Assembly (NCBI GenBank): GCA_965603825.1
Contig: CBFDEM010000037.1
Coordinates: 519,688 to 583,687 of the forward strand
DNA: 64,000 nucleotides
Origin: Blepharisma stoltei ATCC 30299
Lineage: Eukaryota > Protista > Ciliophora
Direction: 5' to 3'
The translations under genes were made by a program, and so were the position numbers. Position 1 is the first letter of the stretch, and each line of letters begins with the position of its first letter. Below, piece by piece: positions 59,825 to 64,000 of the stretch. Below the pieces are notes generated by a model. That model was not told the DNA's origin, did not search any database, and saw only the letters and a program-made list of their open reading frames with translations.

Positions 59825-62800
59825 AGGGTGTTAGGGTGTTAGGGGTAGGTGTTAGGGTGTTAGGGTGTTAGGGTGTTAGGGTGTTAGGGTGTTAGGGTGT
59901 TAGGGTGTTAGGGTGTTAGGGTGTTAGGGTGTTAGGGTGTTAGGGTGTTAGGGTGTTAGGGTGTTAGGGTGTTAGGGTGTTAGGGGTGTTAGGGTGTTAG
60001 GGTGTTAGGGTGTTAGGGTGTTAGGGTGTTAGGGTGTTAGGGTGTTAGGGTGTTAGGGTGTTAGGGTGTTAGGGTGTTAGGGTGTTAGGGTGTTAGGGTG
60101 TTAGGGTGTTAGGGTGTTAGGGTGTTAGGGTGTTAGGGTGTTAGGGTGTTAGGGTGTTAGGGTGTTAGGGTAGGTGTTAGGGTGTTAGGGTGTTAGGGTG
60201 TTAGGGTGTTAGGGTGTTAGGGTGTTAGGGTGTTAGGGTGTTAGGGTGTTAGGGTGTTAGGGTGTTAGGGTGTTAGGGTGTTAGGGTGTTAGGGTGTTAG
60301 GGTGTTAGGGTGTTAGGGTGTTAGGGTGTTAGGGTGTTAGGGTGTTAGGGTGTTAGGGTGTTAGGGTGTTAGGGTGTTAGGGTGTTAGGGTGTTAGGGTG
60401 TTAGGGTGTTAGGGTGTTAGGGTGTTAGGGTGTTAGGGTGTTAGGGTGTTAGGGTGTTAGGGTGTTAGGGTGTTAGGGTGTTAGGGTGTTAGGGTGTTAG
60501 GGTGTTAGGGTGTTAGGTGTTAGGGTGTTAGGGTGTTAGGGTGTTAGGGTGTTAGGGTGTTAGGGTGTTAGGGTGTTAGGGTGTTAGGGTGTTAGGGTGT
60601 TAGGGTGTTAGGGTGTTAGGGTGTTAGGGTGTTAGGGTTAGGGTGTTAGGGTGTTAGGGTGTTAGGGTGTTAGGGTGTTAGGGTGTTAGGGTGTTAGGGT
60701 GTTAGGGTGTTAGGGTGTTAGGGTGTTAGGGTGTTAGGGTGTTAGGGTGTTAGGGTGTTAGGGTGTGGTTAGGGTGTTAGGGTGTTAGGGTGTTAGGGTG
60801 TTAGGGTGTTAGGGTAGGTGTTAGGGTGTTAGGGTGTTAGGGTGTTAGGGTGTTAGGGTGTTAGGGTGTTAGGGTGTAGGGTGTTAGGGTGTTAGGGTGT
60901 TAGGGTGTTAGGGTGTTAGGGTGTTAGGGTGTTAGGGTGTTAGGGTGTTAGGGTGTTAGGGTGTTAGGGTGTTAGGGTGTTAGGGTGTTAGGGTGTTAGG
61001 GTGTTAGGGTGTTAGGGTGTTAGGGTGTTAGGGTGTTAGGGTGTTAGGGTGTTAGGGTGTTAGGGTGTTAGGGTGTTAGGGTGTTAGGGTGTTAGGGTGT
61101 TAGGGTGTTAGGGTGTTAGGGTGTTAGGGTGTTAGGGTGTTAGGGTGTTAGGGTGTTAGGGTGTTAGGGTGTTAGGGTGTTAGGGTGTTAGGGTGTTAGG
61201 GTGTTAGGGTGTTAGGGTGTTAGGGTGTTAGGGTGTTAGGGTGTTAGGGTGTTAGGGTGTAGGGTGTTAGGGTGTTAGGGTGTTAGGGTGTTAGGGTGTT
61301 AGGGTGTTAGGGTGTTAGGGTGTTAGGGTGTTAGGGTGTTAGGGTGTTAGGGTGTTAGGGTGTTAGGGTGTTAGGGTGTTAGGGTGTTAGGGTGTTAGGG
61401 TGTTAGGGTGTTAGGGTGTTAGGGTGTTAGGGTGTTAGGGTGTTAGGGTGTTAGGGTGTTAGGGTGTTAGGGTGTTAGGGTGTTAGGGTAGGTGTTAGGG
61501 TGTTAGGGTGTTAGGGTGTTAGGGTGTTAGGGTGTTAGGGTGTTAGGGTGTTAGGGTGTTAGGGTGTTAGGGTGTTAGGGTGTTAGGGTGTTAGGGTGTT
61601 AGGGTGTTAGGGTGTTAGGGTTGGTTAGGGTGTTAGGGTGTTAGGGTGTTAGGGTGTTAGGGTGTTAGGGTGTTAGGGTGTTAGGGTGTTAGGGTGTTAG
61701 GGTGTTAGGGTGTTAGGGTGTTAGGGTGTTAGGGTGTTAGGGTGTTAGGGTGTTAGGGTGTTAGGGTGTTAGGGTGTTAGGGTGTTAGGGTGTTAGGGTG
61801 TTAGGGTGTTAGGGTGTTAGGGTGTTAGGGTGTTAGGGTGTTAGGGTGTTAGGGTGTTAGGGTGTTAGGGTGTTAGGGTGTTAGGGTGTTAGGGTGTTAG
61901 GGTGTTAGGGTGTTAGGGTGTTAGGGTGTTAGGGTGTTAGGGTGTTAGGGTGTTAGGGTGTTAGGGTGTTAGGGTGTTAGGGTGTTAGGGTGTTAGGGTG
62001 TTAGGGTGTTAGGGTGTTAGGGTGTTAGGGTGTTAGGGTGTTAGGGTGTTAGGGTGTTAGGGTGTTAGGGTGTTAGGGTGTTAGGGTGTTAGGGTGTTAG
62101 GGTGTTAGGGTGTTAGGGTGTTAGGGTGTTAGGGTGTTAGGGTGTTAGGGTGTTAGGGTGGTGTTAGGGTGTTAGGGTGTTAGGGTGTTAGGGTGTTAGG
62201 GTGTTAGGGTGTTAGGGTGTTAGGGTGTTAGGGTGTTAGGGTGTTAGGGTGTTAGGGTGTTAGGGTGTTAGGGTGTTAGGGTGTTAGGGTGTTAGGGTGT
62301 TAGGGTGTTAGGGTGTTAGGGTGTTAGGGTGTTAGGGTGTTAGGGTGTTAGGGTGTTAGGGTGTTAGGGTGTTAGGGTGTTAGGGTGTTAGGGTGTTAGG
62401 GTGTTAGGGTGTTAGGGTGTTAGGGTGTTAGGGTGTTAGGGTGTTAGGGTGTTAGGGTGTTAGGGTGTTAGGGTGTTAGGGTGTTAGGGTGTTAGGGTGT
62501 TAGGGTGTTAGGGTGTTAGGGTGTTAGGGTGTTAGGGTGTTAGGGTGTTAGGGTGTTAGGGTGTTAGGGTGTTAGGGTGTTAGGGTGTTAGGGTGTTAGG
62601 GTGTTAGGGTGTTAGGGTGTTAGGGTGTTAGGGTGTTAGGGTGTTAGGGTGTTAGGGTGTTAGGGTGTTAGGGTGTTAGGGTGTTAGGGTGTTAGGGTGT
62701 TAGGGTGTTAGGGTGTTAGGGTGTTAGGGTGTTAGGGTGTTAGGTGTTAGGGTGTTAGGGTGTTAGGGTGTTAGGGTGTTAGGGTGTTAGGGTGTTAGGG

Positions 62801-64000
62801 TGTTAGGGTGTTAGGGTGTTAGGGTGTTAGGGTGTTAGGGTGTTAGGGTGTTAGGGTGTTAGGGTGTTAGGGTGTTAGGGTGTTAGGGTGTTAGGGTGTT
62901 AGGGTGTTAGGGTGTTAGGGTGTTAGGGTGTTAGGGTGTTAGGGTGTTAGGGTGTTAGGGTGTTAGGGTGTTAGGGTTGTTAGGGTGTTAGGGTGTTAGG
63001 GTGTTAGGGTGTTAGGGTGTTAGGGTGTTAGGGTGTTAGGGTGTTAGGGTGTTAGGGTGTTAGGGTGTTAGGGTGTTAGGGTGTTAGGGTGTTAGGGTGT
63101 TAGGGTGTTAGGGTGTTAGGGTGTTAGGGTGTTAGGGTGTTAGGGTGTTAGGGTGTTAGGGTGTTAGGTGTTAGGGTGTTAGGGTGTTAGGGTGTTAGGG
63201 TGTTAGGGTGTTAGGGTGTTAGGGTGTTAGGGTGTTAGGGTGTTAGGGTGTTAGGGTGTTAGGGTGTTAGGGTGTTAGGGTGTTAGGGTGTTAGGGTGTT
63301 AGGGTGTTAGGGTGTTAGGGTGTTAGGGTGTTAGGGTGTTAGGGTGTTAGGGTGTTAGGGTGTTAGGGTGTTAGGGTGTTAGGGTGTTAGGGTGTTAGGG
63401 TGTTAGGGTGTTAGGGTGTTAGGGTGTTAGGGTGTTAGGGTGTTAGGGTGTTAGGGTGTTAGGGTGTTAGGGTGTTAGGGTGTTAGGGTGTTAGGGTGTT
63501 AGGGTGTTTAGGGTGTTAGGGTGTTAGGGTGTTAGGGTGTTAGGGTGTTAGGGTGTTAGGGTGTTAGGGTGTTAGGGTGTTAGGGTGTTAGGGTGTTAGG
63601 GTGTTAGGGTGTTAGGGTGTTAGGGTGTTAGGGTGTTAGGGTGTTAGGGTGTTAGGGTGTTAGGGTGTTAGGGTGTTAGGGTGTTAGGGTGTTAGGGTGT
63701 TAGGGTTAGGGTGTTAGGGGTGTTAGGGTGTTAGGGTGTTAGGGTGTTAGGGTGTTAGGGTGTTAGGGTGTTAGGGTGTTAGGGTGTTAGGGTGTTAGGG
63801 GTGTTAGGGTGTTAGGGTGTTAGGGTGTTAGGGTGTTAGGGTGTTAGGGGTGTTAGGGTGTTAGGGTGTTGGGTGTTAGGGGGTTAGGGTGTTAGGGTGT
63901 TAGGGGTGTTAGGGTGTTAGGGTGGTAGGGTGTTAGGGTGTTAGGGTGTTAGGGGTTTAGGGTGTTAGGGGTGTTAGGGTGTTAGGGTGTTAGGGTGTTA
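59825..64000 (+). repeat. Telomere (TGTTAGGG)n = (CCCTAACA)n
   Basis: More than 4.1 kb of 8-bp tandem units, G-rich strand oriented toward the end; heterotrich-type unit. Confidence 0.98.

Noticed and set aside
63690-64000. Dense telomere variants in the last 300 bp
   Set aside because: Mostly heterogeneous single-base indels, consistent with low-coverage consensus error.

Overview
This is the gene-dense, AT-rich end of a eukaryotic somatic chromosome. About 59.8 kb of tightly packed genes is followed by more than 4.1 kb of (TGTTAGGG)n/(CCCTAACA)n telomere running off the window. Three signals point to a heterotrich ciliate macronucleus, most likely Blepharisma: (i) the CCCTAACA telomere unit; (ii) in-frame TGA at conserved Trp positions (katanin RRPW/SKW/NRPW, kinase DIW, WD40 KLW, IQ-motif SLW), while genes end in TAA/TAG, so UGA=Trp and the supplied ORF track is fragmented; (iii) 15-nt GT..AG introns with A at position 10. 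Re-reading with UGA=Trp gives about 40 genes. They include a STIL-like centriole protein, IQ+MORN, PP2A B56 (plus a decayed tandem copy), acid sphingomyelinase, CHY-finger, cyclin, RIIa-guanylate kinase, GPx, Rpn13, a 53-aa CSNAP/COPS9-like microprotein, three F-box-like paralogs, a 2468-aa GRIP-type golgin, nucleoredoxin, LRR, two MAPK-like pseudokinases, a GNAT-like/serpin-like protein, a multi-TM kinase-like fusion, C2H2, FAM136A-like, EGF-TM-RING, DAW1, katanin p60, START, arrestin, ETFA, RPAC1, a Rab-like gene and two subtelomeric membrane paralogs. Notable oddities are divergent gene pairs with start codons 3-9 bp apart, recurring one-base-short frameshifts, gene-specific UGA/UGG bias and stereotyped telomere variants. 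All homology calls come from motif recognition by eye, not database searches.
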